Below the pieces are notes generated by a model. That model saw only the letters and a list, made by a program, of their open reading frames with translations, did not search any database and was not told the DNA's origin. This document shows, piece after piece, positions 39,868-51,987 of a DNA stretch of 64,000 nt. The position numbers and the translations under genes are program-made. The DNA lies in NCBI RefSeq assembly GCF_963921235.1, contig NC_086109.1, forward strand, positions 18,106,001-18,170,000. The letters run 5' to 3'. This DNA comes from Mobula hypostoma. Lineage: Eukaryota. Within the stretch, counting starts at the first letter, position 1, and every line of letters begins with the position of its first letter.

Positions 39868-40914
39868 GTACAGTTCAATTCCTGAACTCCACTCCACGTA
39901 TCATCAATGTTAGCTCCAGCAGGAATCTGGTTTACTTGGTGCAAGGAGTAGGTACTGTGTTCAGGCAAACCTGGCCTGTGCAAGGTTGGTTCTGATTCTA
40001 TGTTTCCCTCTCTTGTTTCAGATTAAGAAGGTGTGCTTGGTAATTATCTGTGTTTGATCTTGTTTCTCGGGTATTTAGGAAATATTGTTGGGCCTCCAAA
40101 GACTTTGGAAAAATCCAAGACTTCACTTATCTACTTGAATCCCTGCCATACATATTCTCCTGATCTCAGAGCCAGCAGGCTGCAGTCTCTAATTGGACCT
40201 ATTCTTGGCTGCCACACATTAATCTAAAAGAACCTGCAGTCTGCAGCCTGGGAGATCCTGGCATCAGCTCCCTGAAAAGCATCCTGGATAAGGCTATTGG
40301 TGGGTTCAAAATTCATCCAATTAGACTTGGTGCAGCACTGCCAAGGGTGCTGTCTTTTGGACAAGATACAAATCAAGCCCGAGTGCTTTCTCAAAGAACA
40401 TGGGGTCTTGCCAATGTTTAGCATTCAGGTAGATACTATTGCCTATTACCTCACTGCTAATTGAGGGAGCTTACTCAGCTTTATTTCTTCCCTTACAGCG
40501 GTAACTCCACATTGTGACTACTCTATATTGGCTCCCTGAGGCTTTGAAAAGTGGAGAAACTCAGCAGTGTCCAGACACCCTCCTGTTCTTTCCCCAGGTG
40601 TTTGTTCAGGATCGATGTGTAATACCTGGACACTGGCTGTTCAATTATTGAAAAGCCTCATATTTAAATTCAAGTTCTCCAGTTGAGTCACCAGGACTAT
40701 CACCAGAAACAAGAACAGGAGCTGATGTTCATCTGGCTCAGATAATATTAGTTAGCTGATCAGCATAAAATAACACTTTACCAAAAATGTTTCAAATGGT
40801 TCAATTTAATATCAGAGAATGTATACAGTATACAACCTGAAACTCTTACTCTACATAAATATCCACAAAACAAAAAAGCCCATAGAATGAATGATGTTTA
40901 ATTTTAGTTAGCTG

Positions 40915-43510
40915 AGTCGGTGTGGGCAGAAGTCAGAAATAGGAAAGGATCAACCACTGTGCTGCGAGTAGTCTATAGGCCCCCAAATAGCCCTCGGGAC
41001 ATCGAGGAGCAGATAGCAGGCAGATTTTAGAATGGTGCAGGAAATACAGGGTTGTACTTATGGACGATTTCAACTTCCCTCATATTGACTGGCACCTCCT
41101 GACTGCAAGGGGGATAGATGGGGCTGAATTTGTCAGGTGTGTTCAAGGAGGATTCCTGACACAGAACGTGGACTGGCCGACGAGAGGAGAGGCCGTACTG
41201 GATCTAATTCTGGGTAATGAACCTGGTCAGGTGGCAGACTTCTTGGTGGGGGAGCATTTTGGTGAGAGTGACCACAACTCTCTTAGCTTCAGCATAGCTA
41301 TGGAAAAGGATAAAAACAGACAAAATGGGAAAGTGCTTAACTGGGGAAGGGCTAACTATGAAGGGATGAGGAACTAGCAAGAGCAAATTGGAAACAGATG
41401 TTCAAGGGTGAAAGCACAGAAGTAATGTAGAGGGGAAGTTTGGGGACCACTTGTGCTGGGTTCAGGATAGGTTTGTCCAACTGAAATAAGGAAAAAATGG
41501 TGGGAAAAGGGAACCTTGGCTGACAGAACACGTGAGGCAACTCGTCAAGAGAAAGAAGGAAGCATATGTTAGATATAAGAAGTAGGAAGCAGGAGGGGCT
41601 CATGATAAATATAGGGTAGCCAGGAAGGAGCTTAAGAAAAGACTTAGGAGAGCTCGAAGGGGGCATGAGAAGGCCTTGGCATGTAGGATTAAGGAGAACT
41701 CCAAGACGTTCCATGCATATGCGAAGAACAGAAGGATGAGAAGAATGAAGGTGGGGCCACTAAAGGATAAAGAAGGCAACATGTGCCTGCAGGTTGAGGA
41801 GGTTGGGGAAGTCCTAAATGAACTCTTTGCTTCAGTATTCACAAGTGAAAAGGACCTTGATCAGGGTGAGGTCAAAATAGAACAGGCCTGTGTGTTGGAC
41901 AATGTGGAGATTAAGGAAGAAGAAGTGTTGGATCTTCTTAAAAACATCAAGATTGGTAAGTCCCCAGGGCTGGATGTGATATATCCCAGGTTGCTGTAGG
42001 AATTGAGAGAAGAGATCACTGGAGCAGTAGCTATGATCTTTGAATCCTCTTTGGCTGCAGGGGAGGTGCCGGAGGATTGGAGAATGGCAAATGTAGTTCC
42101 CTTGTTTAAAAAAGGTAATAGGGTGAATCCTGGGAACTATAGACTGGTAAGTCTTACGTCAGTGGTCTGCAAACTATTGGAAAGGATTCTTAAGGATAGG
42201 ATCTACGAGCATTTGGAGAAGTACAGTCTACTCAAGGATAGTCAACATGGCTTTGTGAAGGGAAGGTCGTGCCTCACGAGCCTAATTAAGTTTTTTGAAG
42301 AGGTAACAAAAGAAATTGATGAGGGTAGGGTGGTAGATGTGGTCTACATGGATTTTAGCAAGGCATTTGATAAGGTCCCCCACGAGAGACTCATCCAGAA
42401 AGTCATGAGGCATGGGACCTTGGCTGTTTGGATAAAAAATTGGCTTAAAGGAAGAAAGCGGAGGGTAGTAGTGGAAGGAAAGTATTCTGTCTGGAGGTCA
42501 GTGACTAGTGGAGTGCCGCAAGGATCTGTCCTGCTCTTTGTGATTTTTATAAATGACCTGGATGAAGAGGCGGAAGGACGGGTGAGTAAGTTTGCGGATG
42601 ACATGAAGATTGGGGGAGTTGTGGATGGAACTGTAGGTTGTCGAAGGTTACAAGAGGATATAGACAGGATGCAGAGTTGGGCAGAAAAGTGGCAGATGGA
42701 GTTCAATGCAGATAAGTGTGAGGTGATACATTTTGGAAGGACAAACCAGAAGGCTGAGTACAGGGTTAATGGTCGGTTACTTAAGAGCGTGGATGAACAG
42801 AAGGACTTTGGGTTTCAAATCTATACATCCCTCAAGGTCGCTGCACAGGTTGATAGGATGGTTAAGAAGGCCTATGGGATGCTAGGCTTCATTAATAGGG
42901 GGATTGAGTTCAAGATTAGAGAGGTCATGTTGCAACTCTACAAATCTCTGGTGAAACCACACTTAGAATATTGTGTTCAGTTCTGGTCACCTCTTTATAG
43001 GAAGGATGTGGAAGCTATGGAGAGGGTGCAGGAGATTTACCAGAATGTTGCCTGGATTGGGAAACAAGTCTTATGAGGTAAGGTTAGCAGAGCTGGGACT
43101 TTTCTCTTTGGAGCGTAGAAGGATGAGAGGGGACTTGATAGAGGTCTACAAGTTTATGGGAGGCATAGATAGGGTGAATAGCCAGTACCTGTTTCCCAGG
43201 ACACGAATAGCAAACACCAGAGGGCATATGTACAAAGTTAAGGGAGGGAAGTTTAGGGGAGACATCAGGGGTAAGTTTTTTACACAGAGGGTTGTGCGTG
43301 CCTGGACTGACTTGCCAGGGATGGTGGTGGAGGCTAAAACATTAGGGGTATTTAAGAGCCTCTTGGACAGGCATATGGATGAAAGAAAAATAGAGGGTTA
43401 TGGGGTAGTGTGGGTTTTGTACGTTTTTTAAAGGAATATATGGGTCGGCACAACATCGAGGACCGAAGGGCCTGTACTGTGCTGTAGTATTCTAGAGTCT
43501 AGTGTCTAGT
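40915..43510 (+). mobile_element. CR1 LINE, 5'-truncated (partial endonuclease, RT and 3' UTR)
   Basis: [34 protein letters not shown] and KFADD motifs; several stops and frameshifts; (TCTAGTG)n-like tail. Confidence 0.93.
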
Positions 43511-45281
43511 GATCAGCATAAGCTAGTACTTTACTGAAATCTTCCCGATTGTTGTGACTTGGCGCCTCAGAAGGCTTGCCGTCTTCTTATAGTTGGTGTG
43601 GAACTATGAATGGAATTTTTTAATTTCCTCAGCCAATAGATGGCAGTGTTAGCTGTTATTAATTCATTCTGCACTGGAAGTACATCATGGTTCCCAGTAT
43701 ATGAGACTGGGAACGTGAGCCCATTAGGTAAAGTTGGGAGAGGAGTTGGGTAGGGTGAATCACCAACATAGCTCTGAATTAAATGGACAAGAGTGCAAGC
43801 CTTAGCATATAGTTATAGAAAAGACGAAGAACCGGAAGTTAGCACAGTATTAGATAGGAGAAGACAAAGGGAGATTATGTGTGTTTGGAATGTTATGTAC
43901 GTAAATGCACGAAGTGTATTAGCTGGTGATGTTGTTCCTTTTCACATCTTGTGGTGCATTGGACAGCATTTTTGCACTTGTACAAGTAGACAAAGCTCCG
44001 TCACCGTTCTTCTTCACTCAGAGGGCAGTGAGAGTGTGGAATGAGCTGCCAGCGCAAGTGGTAGGTGTGATTTTGAGTTCAACATTCAAGGGAAGTTTAG
44101 ATGGTTGGGAGGGGTATGGGAGAGCTGTGGTCCAGGTGCAGATCAACGTGACTAGGCAGTTTGAATGGTTGGGCATGGACTCGATGGGCCGGAGGGCTTG
44201 TTTCCGTGTTGCCGATTTCTATGACACTAAAAGAGATAGTGGGGGCTTCTTCCCCTCCACCATCAGATTTCTCAACAGTCCATGAACCCATGAATACTAT
44301 CTTGTCCAAATGATATGTCTTTTGCACTATTTACTTATTGTTGCCATTCTTTTAAGGGGGGGGCACAGATGCATAACAGTTAGCATAACACAGGTTCAGC
44401 ATCAGCGACCAGGGTGCAATTCCTGCTGCTATCTGTAAAGAGTTTGTACGTCCTTCCCGTCACCATGTGTGTTTCCTCTGGGTGCTCCAGTTTCCTCCCA
44501 CAGTCCAAATACATAGGGGTTAGTCGGTTAATTGGGTACAATTGAACAGTGCAGGCCTGTTGGGCCTGAAGGACCTGTTACCGTCCTGTATCTCTAGATC
44601 AATAAAATAACTAAATAAAGTGTAGTGCCTATAAGGGGCAACGATGACAATGTGTGTGTGAAGCCTGAAGGCTTACATGAAGTGTTGGGTGGCATCCTAA
44701 ATTTTCCACTGGTAGTGATAAAGGAAGCAGGCTTTGTAGTTGAGTGGGCCGAATGGCCGACTTCTGCTCCTTTGTCTTATGGTCTAAACAAGAGTAGATA
44801 TTCAATCTTTTAGTGGACTAATTCCCAGGGTTGGATAAGATGGTCCACATTTGAAGACCCGTGACATGGACATAAGATGAAGGACATCTGTGGTGAGATT
44901 TTGTGCTGGCAGAGCAGGATGAGGACTGGTGCCTCCACTGCCGCCCCACCCCACATCCCACCCCCCAGATCTGGGAGTCATCAGTGGGTTCCAGGATCGG
45001 AGTTCAATGCAGACAGGAAGCATGAAGGCTAGAGAGCCCGTTAATTTGTGAAATGATGACACCAGAGTTCAGGCTCCTAGTCATTTGTCGTCATCACAGA
45101 GATCTGGGGTTGCTGCCGAAGATCAAGCAGTGAAGGTTGAATGGAAGTCCAATGGTTGTGGCCCAATGGCCGAAGCTCTGGATCTGCAAGTCTTCAAGTC
45201 CACTGGGGAAGCTGAAGGCCCAGTGTCTGCTTATCCGCGGGGTTGGCTGGAGGCAGGAGGTGGCCTTTCCTGGGGTTGGAG

Positions 45282-45283
<2 letters not shown>

Positions 45284-45332
<49 letters not shown>

Positions 45333-45345
45333 CGCGCGCGTGCGT
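45284..45345. repeat. (GT)n/(GC)n alternating purine-pyrimidine microsatellite
   Basis: Direct reading of the sequence. Confidence 0.95.
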
Positions 45346-46299
45346 GGAATGGGGCTTGCTTAGCTGTTGCTATTTTGTTGATGTTGCTTATGTTATTCTG
45401 TGAACATGGTCAGCATGCTATGTTGGCGCTGGAATGTGTGGCAACACTTGCGGGCTGCCCCCAGCACATCCTTGGGTTGTGTTGGCTATTGATGCAAACG
45501 ACACATTTCACTGTATATATCAATGTACACGTGATAAATAAACGAACCTGAATGCCCTGATTCTGCAATCCTCCTCCACACCTACTCTACACTAATCATG
45601 CTGCTCTCAGCTTTGGAAATGACTCTCGTTAATGGATTGTAACGATTAAACATTTCCTCTTGTGTTACATGATTACCTAAACACTGAAAGGATGACTTGA
45701 GGAAAGCACATAACCAGGGTCAGTTAACATGTCACCTGCTATAATTGACCAAAGATTAACAGGCATTGCACAACTGTCCCAGCATGTGTTTATACATTGA
45801 CTTTAACATAATAAAATAACCGAAAACATTTTCCCTGAGAGTTATAAGACACGGATTAATACAAAGTCTTTAAAGAATTATGGGAACGGGTGTGGAAAGT
45901 CTTGGTAGTTTAGAAGAACAAAGAGATTTGGGAAGAAAAAGGGAGTCGAGATCAGGCTGCATCTAAGGCGGGAAAGGACTTGTCGGCTTCTTGATATTCC
46001 CCCTTAATCTCTTCCTGATGCAGGGTTTGATCCAAAATATTGACAATTCCTTTCCTCCCACGGATGCTGGTCAAGCTGCCAAGTTCCTCCGTAGATTGCT
46101 TGTTGTTGCTCCAGTATCTCAGACTACTGAGGTCTTTCAAATAAAGGTGTTGTTGATGGACAGCTCTTACCATAGAGCATGACCAGACTTCTGCACTGAT
46201 ATATGAGTGAATACGCTGGGGTTCCAGGGATTAAACTCTGTCTGATTACAGACCTCCTACCCTGCCTTTATTATGGGAGACTGTGAAAGTTAGATGTGT

Positions 46300-46657
46300 G
46301 TGAATGTGTGCCCCCTCCCCCTAACCTTTTCTTCCATTCTCCTCTCTGGTTCCCCTCTTATCTCTTCTCCTCACCTACCTATCATCTCTGCCCAGTGCCC
46401 CTCCTCCTTCCCTTCCTCCCTCCCTTCCTCCCATGGCCCACTCTCCTCTCCTGTCAGATTCCTTCTTCAGCCCTTTGCCTTTTCCCGCTATCACCTCCCA
46501 GCTTCTCTCTTCATCCCTGCTCTCCCACTCATCCATCTTCCCCTCCACCTTCCAGTTTAGACTTCTCCTCCCCACCCCACCCCCACCTTCTTATTCTGGC
46601 CTCTTCTCCCTTCCTTTCCAGTCCTGATGAAGGGTCTCGGCCTGAGATGTTGACTGT
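46300..46657 (+). mobile_element. Penelope-like element 3' terminal repeat fragment with hammerhead-like motif
   Basis: Pyrimidine-rich tract homologous to 61950-62335 and 62950-63285, ending CAGTCCTGATGAAGGGTCTCGGCCTGAGATGTTGACTG. Confidence 0.75.
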
Positions 46658-47463
46658 GTGTGCGTGCGTGTGTGTGTGTCTCTCGTGCGTGGATGTGAGC
46701 GAGAGAGATAGAAGGTATGAGAAAGACAGAAATTGAATAAGGCAGCATATGAGAGAAAGATGTGAGAGTGAGGAAGATGCTGAGAGCAAAATTCAGTGAG
46801 CTCAACGCTATGTGAGAGAAATTGTGACCGAATGAGAAAATCAGTGTGGGTGACTTCAATCGCACTTCCACTTCCTAATGATTTAGAAAGGGGACATTCA
46901 ATCATTGATCTTAGAGCATTTCCATCAACCCAACCCCCTACTCATTCTCCTACATCTCTTCTCAATTCTCCACTAAGGACACTTACAGTAGTTAGTTCGT
47001 CCACACTTCGCCATTCCTTTGGGTTGTGGGAGTAAGCTGGAGCATCTAGAGGAAACGCTTGTAGTCAAAATGGGTAACATGCAAACTCCCCACAGACAGC
47101 GCCAGAGCGAGGAATGCAAGCAGTTCGACAGATACTGGAGCTCTATGTGTTACGCCAGAGTCAGAGGCTGCGGGCAGCGGTAGGACCACTGACTTCCCCA
47201 GATCAGTTTATAATAGGTGACTGGAAATGCTTTCCAAAATCAGTTATCATGGGCTGATTGTAAGGGACAGTACGTGAGAGGGAGAGATTGGAAAGAGATA
47301 GAAAGAATGCTAGGAAGAGATAAAATCTGCCTGTTGAGAGACAGCGAATGCAGAGACTGTTATCTACATTCTTTCGAATACTCTTCCAAGAAGAGTGTGT
47401 GACTGAGCCAACATTCAAGGACGGACATTTATCCTGATTAACTTCTCTGTTCTGCTTCCACAG

Positions 47464-47558
47464 TTTCCCTGCTAAAGAATCTGAAGCATGCAAACATTGT
47501 CACCCTGCATGACATCATCCACACTGAACGCTCTCTCACCCTGGTGTTTGAGTACTTG
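47464..47558 (+). CDS. CDK18: CDK18 coding exon 6 ([32 protein letters not shown])
   Basis: CACAG acceptor, 95 nt, GTAAG donor, phase 1 to 0. Translated by hand. Confidence 0.96.
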
Positions 47559-47909
47559 GTAAGGCATCCAACTATGGCAACTCTTCCGTTAAGCTTTAAA
47601 AAATTAATTTGGGAAAACGGGTTAGAACAGCTGGCAGTGAGGAGGACTCCCACTGGATCTCTCCCCATATGGATTCTACCTACTTTGCATTGAGGATCTA
47701 GGGTTGAGATTATGGACATTTAAGAAACTCTCAGATAGAGACATGGATGATAGAAGAAAGTGAAGGCTATGTTGGAGAGAAGGTTCTGATCGTAGAGTAG
47801 GTTATAAGGTTTCCACAACATTGTGGGCCGAACAGCCTGTACTGCGCAGTAGTATTTTGTGTTCTGAGATGCTGCAAAGAGAAGACCTGCACAAAATTTT
47901 TAAACAGGT

Positions 47910-48430
47910 GCAACACCCGCAAAGATGCTGGAGGAAATCAGCAGATCTGGCAGCATCTATGGAGAGGCATAAATAGTTGCTGTTTTGGGCCGAGACCCTT
48001 CATCGGTACTGGAAAGTAAGGAGCCCTGAACCAGAATAAGAAGGTTGGGAGAGGGGGGGGAGTACAAGCTGGCAGCTGATAGGTGAAACCAAGTGAAGGG
48101 AAGATGGGGTTGATTGGGGAGGGGAGGGGGGAATGAAGTAAGAAGCTGGGAGGTGATAGGTGGAAGAGGTAAAGGGCTGTAGAAGAAGGAACCTGATAGG
48201 AGAGGACAGTGGACCACAAAAGAAAAGGAAGAAGGAGGGGCACCAGATAGAGGCGATGGGCAGGTGAGAAGAGAAGGGGTGAGAGGGTAACCAGAATAGG
48301 GAATGCAAAACGAGAGAAGGGAAAAGGGGGAGAAATTACTGCGTTAAAGAGATCGAAGTTCATGCCAACAGGTCGGAGGCTACTGAGAAACAATTAAGGC
48401 ACTGCTCCTCCAACCTGAGTGTGGCCTCAT
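47910..48430 (-). mobile_element. Penelope-like element 3' fragment
   Basis: The reverse complement matches the same terminal repeat and the end of the GIY-YIG ORF (CTCAGGTTGGAGGAGCA). Confidence 0.75.
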
Positions 48431-50151
48431 TAAGTGATCTTAAACAGGTTCTAGCTGTTTAAGAATCTTTGTCAGAACTGTTCTTTGAACTGGACTCCAG
48501 TCCCGTAATTCATGTGACCAGGACAAGAACATGGTCCACGAATATATCAAATGGAAGTGGTTGCAGCCCCGATTCAAGTCCCCGAACAGAACCCACAGGA
48601 ACCCAGTATCAATGGTGGACGGAGCATATTATGTCCCATACTACATCACCTGACCACCCTACGAAGCTCTCTGTTACCTGTAGCGGAGTCCTCAGGTCTC
48701 ACCTTGGCTCAGCAAATTACAGAACTGGATTGGAGGCAAATTATCCAAGAGCCTCACCAGTATCATCACTAATCCATGATCATCTCAAGATTTTCCTCAT
48801 TCTTTGTAACAGTTGCTGACTCATTGGATTAAAAAGACAGTATGGCCTAATTCTAGGCTTGAGAGTTTACACTTGGCCCAATATATCCTGTACAAATGAC
48901 CATTTAGCTAACTATAGTTCCTTAGGGTATGTCAAGTGCAAGGGACTCTATGTTCCGACTGATTCAAAGGGGTTAATATGACTCAATGAGAAACGATCTC
49001 ATCTCAATCTCAAAGAACTGTGGTTTTATGTCCGACTCCAAAGACTTGATTATAAACTCCAGTCAGCCTCTCCCAGCCAAGGAAGATTTGATATTTTTTA
49101 ACTCTTGCTGGGAAAAGTTTGGTGGAATAATAAGGAATTAGTTTTATTTGGCACATGGCACAAACTCTGGTCTGGGAGAGGTGTTCGTAGGTGTTGCATT
49201 TCTGAGTTGATATTAATCCAAGTGTGTCAAGTGCACCTTAAAGATCTCAGGGCATCATTTTTTCAAAGAAGGGCAGAGAGGTTCTCTTTATTGCCCTCAC
49301 TTACACTTATAACCTGATCAACTTTACCAAAACGACTGATCCTTATGTTATCAACACACACAAAATGCTGAAGGAAATCAGCAGGCCAGGCATCATCTGT
49401 GGAAAAGAGTACAATTGTCACTTTGGGTTGAGACCCTTTGGCAGATCTTTTCCTTCATCTGCTCTTTTCTATAGATGCTGCCTGGCCTGCTGAGTTCCTC
49501 CAGCATTTTGTGTGTTGCTCTGATCTCCAGCATCTGCAGATTTTCTCTTATTTGTGATCATTACGTTATTGCTGTTTGTGGGATTTTGCTTTGTGCAAAT
49601 TGGCTCCAAGAAATAACTATTTATTCAAGTTTCAAGTACATTTATTGTTAAAGAATATATAATTATACAACCTTGAGATTTGTTTGCTCACAGGTACCCA
49701 CAAAGCAAGAAACCCAATAGAACCCAATTAAAGAAAAAAAATTAAATAAAAGACCAACACCCGACGCGCAAGAAAAAGAGGGAAAAACGCAAACAATTGA
49801 AGTGAACTACAACATTCCAAACCAAAAGTTGAGTCCTCAGATTCGAACCCCGGAGGAGACCCAAAACCTCGCTTATCAGTTTATCATATTAGCGGGCACT
49901 CTTAATAGCCTCAGCACCATAGAAAGAGGAGTGACCATCACAGAGAGCAAGCAAAATTGGCTCTCACCCTGGATCCTGTCTTTTCAGTCTTCCTAAATCA
50001 GTCTTTAAATTGACCAAACAACGGAACAGTAAAAGGCTCCAGCGCCCAAGAAAACTTTCTTCTTTCCCTTCTAAGAGTGAAGCTTAGTGAACAGCAATTA
50101 CAAAAACCAATCCCCCACTGGTTAATGTCACTCTGTTCATTTGCTTGGCAG

Positions 50152-50214
50152 GACAGCGACCTAAAACAGTATATGGACAACTGTGGGAACATCATGAGCA
50201 TGTACAATGTCAAG
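50152..50214 (+). CDS. CDK18: CDK18 coding exon 7 (DSDLKQYMDNCGNIMSMYNVK)
   Basis: GCAG acceptor, 63 nt, GTGAG donor. DSDLKQY matches CDK18 (CDK16/17 have DKDLKQY). Confidence 0.95.
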
Positions 50215-51044
50215 GTGAGCTCACTTCCCAACTCAATTTTGCTTGAGGTATTTGAGAACTGTTCAGAATAACAAATAGTGCTCTATCTTCCTTTTGGTGA
50301 AGCTAATCATCGAACTGTGTATGCTTCTGTGTGTTTAATTGTGAATTTTCATCCGTGAACTAACTAGATGACCACTCTTCTGCTCCCGTTTCTTTCCCAA
50401 GATATCACTGCTTACCCATGAGTTAATTAGAAAGGAGGGAACTCTTTGTAGTTCGCTTTTTATCCCTAGTCATTAACTCTTTTCATACCTGACTTCTCAC
50501 AATGTTCTTGCATTTAACCCTGAGATAAGACTTCTAACTAAAGATCTGCACTGTCACTAATATCTCCTACTTCTACTAAGGAGGCATTGCAGATCCACCA
50601 CAACTTGCTGGCAAAACCCTTAGCAATTATATTCCATTGTACACTGGGCCTCCTTTCCACTGCCCATGAACAAATGGTTACCTTAAACTCTCTTCACCAT
50701 ATAATAGCTCTCACTGGGTAATACTCACTCATGTCCTCTATGCTTGCTGATCTTCACTAGTTTTTATTGAGCAAGGTCATTTCCTTGCTTGCAAAACCCT
50801 CTTGGTCTTCATCCTTCATCCTGGTTCGCTAACCATTGGAGATCTCACTACTCCTCTGTTTCTATTCCACGAGTTGAGGTTACCATTGTTCTTTGACTAC
50901 CAAAATCCCTAACTGTGGGGATTACTCCCTAAATTTCTCCATCTCTTAGTTCACCTTCCACTTTTAAGATTTCCTCAAGCCCTATCTTTGACTGAACTTT
51001 TTCACCATCTTCTCTTGCATCTTTATGTAGACATGTCAAATTTT

Positions 51045-51490
51045 AGAAACATAGAAAATCTACAGCACAATACAGGCCCTTCAGCCCACAATGCTGTGCC
51101 GAACATGTACTTACTTTAGAAATTACCTAGGATTACCCATAGCCCTCTATTTTTCTCCATGTACCTATCCAGGAGTCTCTTAAAAGACCCTATCATTTCC
51201 GCTTCCACCACCGTCGCCGGCAGCCCATTCCACGCCCTCACCACCCCGTGCATAAAAAAAACTTGCCCCTGACATCTCCTCTGTACCTATTTCCAAGCAC
51301 CTTAAAACTGTGCCCTCTCATGTTAGCCATTTCAGCCCTGGGAAAAAGCCTCTGACTACACGATCAATTCCTCTCATAATCTTATACACTTCTATCAGGT
51401 CACCTCTCATCCTCACTCGCTCCAAGGCGAAAAGGCCAAATTCACTCAACCTATTCTCATAGGGCATGCTCCCCAATCCAGGCAACATCC
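51045..51490 (-). mobile_element. CR1 3' fragment, same subfamily as 55240-58215
   Basis: Reverse complement of about 57770-58212 with roughly 88% identity by eye. Confidence 0.85.
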
Positions 51491-51713
51491 AGGCAAATTT
51501 GTTTGATAATTCTGTCATTATTGTTAGCTGGATTCATCTTGACTGTAAGTGTAATAGCAATATTCTCCCCAGATCTAATAGTTTTATTAATAATGTATAA
51601 GGACATTTACAGAATATTAAAGACTCTACAATGCCAAACACCTCTGTGCGTTCACAGAGGTATTTGGCATTGTATAGTCTTTAATTCCCAAAGGTTAAGA
51701 TTTTCCTTATGGA

Positions 51714-51987
51714 TCTTCTTCCTCTTCTTCATAAGTCCATGCACCCAACTGGTGCGTAGGCTGCCAACAGCAGCACACCAAAATCCTCTGTTCTGGGTCA
51801 GTCTTTCAAGTTGTCCCTAGGTGTAGCTCATCTTCGAAGATCCTTCCATTTCCAGGGATGAAGTCTTTGAAGTTTCTGTTGGTATTTCTGTAGCACTGTT
51901 TTTTTTTAAGGGATAGGGTTGACAGCCCCATGCACAACTTTCCTCCTTTCACATCAAGGCTTGGGACCGCCTGTCCATGACAAAGTT
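51714..51987 (-). mobile_element. Short non-autonomous RTE-type retroelement (5' UTR fused to 3' end)
   Basis: The minus strand ends in a decayed RTE C-terminus (LERLTQNRGFWCAAVGSL) and a (GAA)n tail. The 5' end carries a twister-like motif. Confidence 0.7.
51935..51987 (-). ncRNA. Twister ribozyme-like motif (degenerate, lacks the 5' P1 strand)
   Basis: AA-CUUU-GU-CAUGGACAG-GCGG-UCCCAAGC-CUUG-AUGUG-AAAG-GAGG maps onto the twister-P1 layout AA-P2-GC...P4-UCCCAAGC-P4'...P2'-GAGG. Confidence 0.62.

Noticed and set aside
42003..43076. 357-aa reverse transcriptase ORF as a domesticated gene or active element
   Set aside because: It is part of a 5'-truncated CR1 with stops and frameshifts on both sides and small deletions in conserved motifs.
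48469..48819. 116-aa ORF in apparently unique sequence
   Set aside because: Non-ATG start, no recognisable domain, and no splice signals linking it to a gene.
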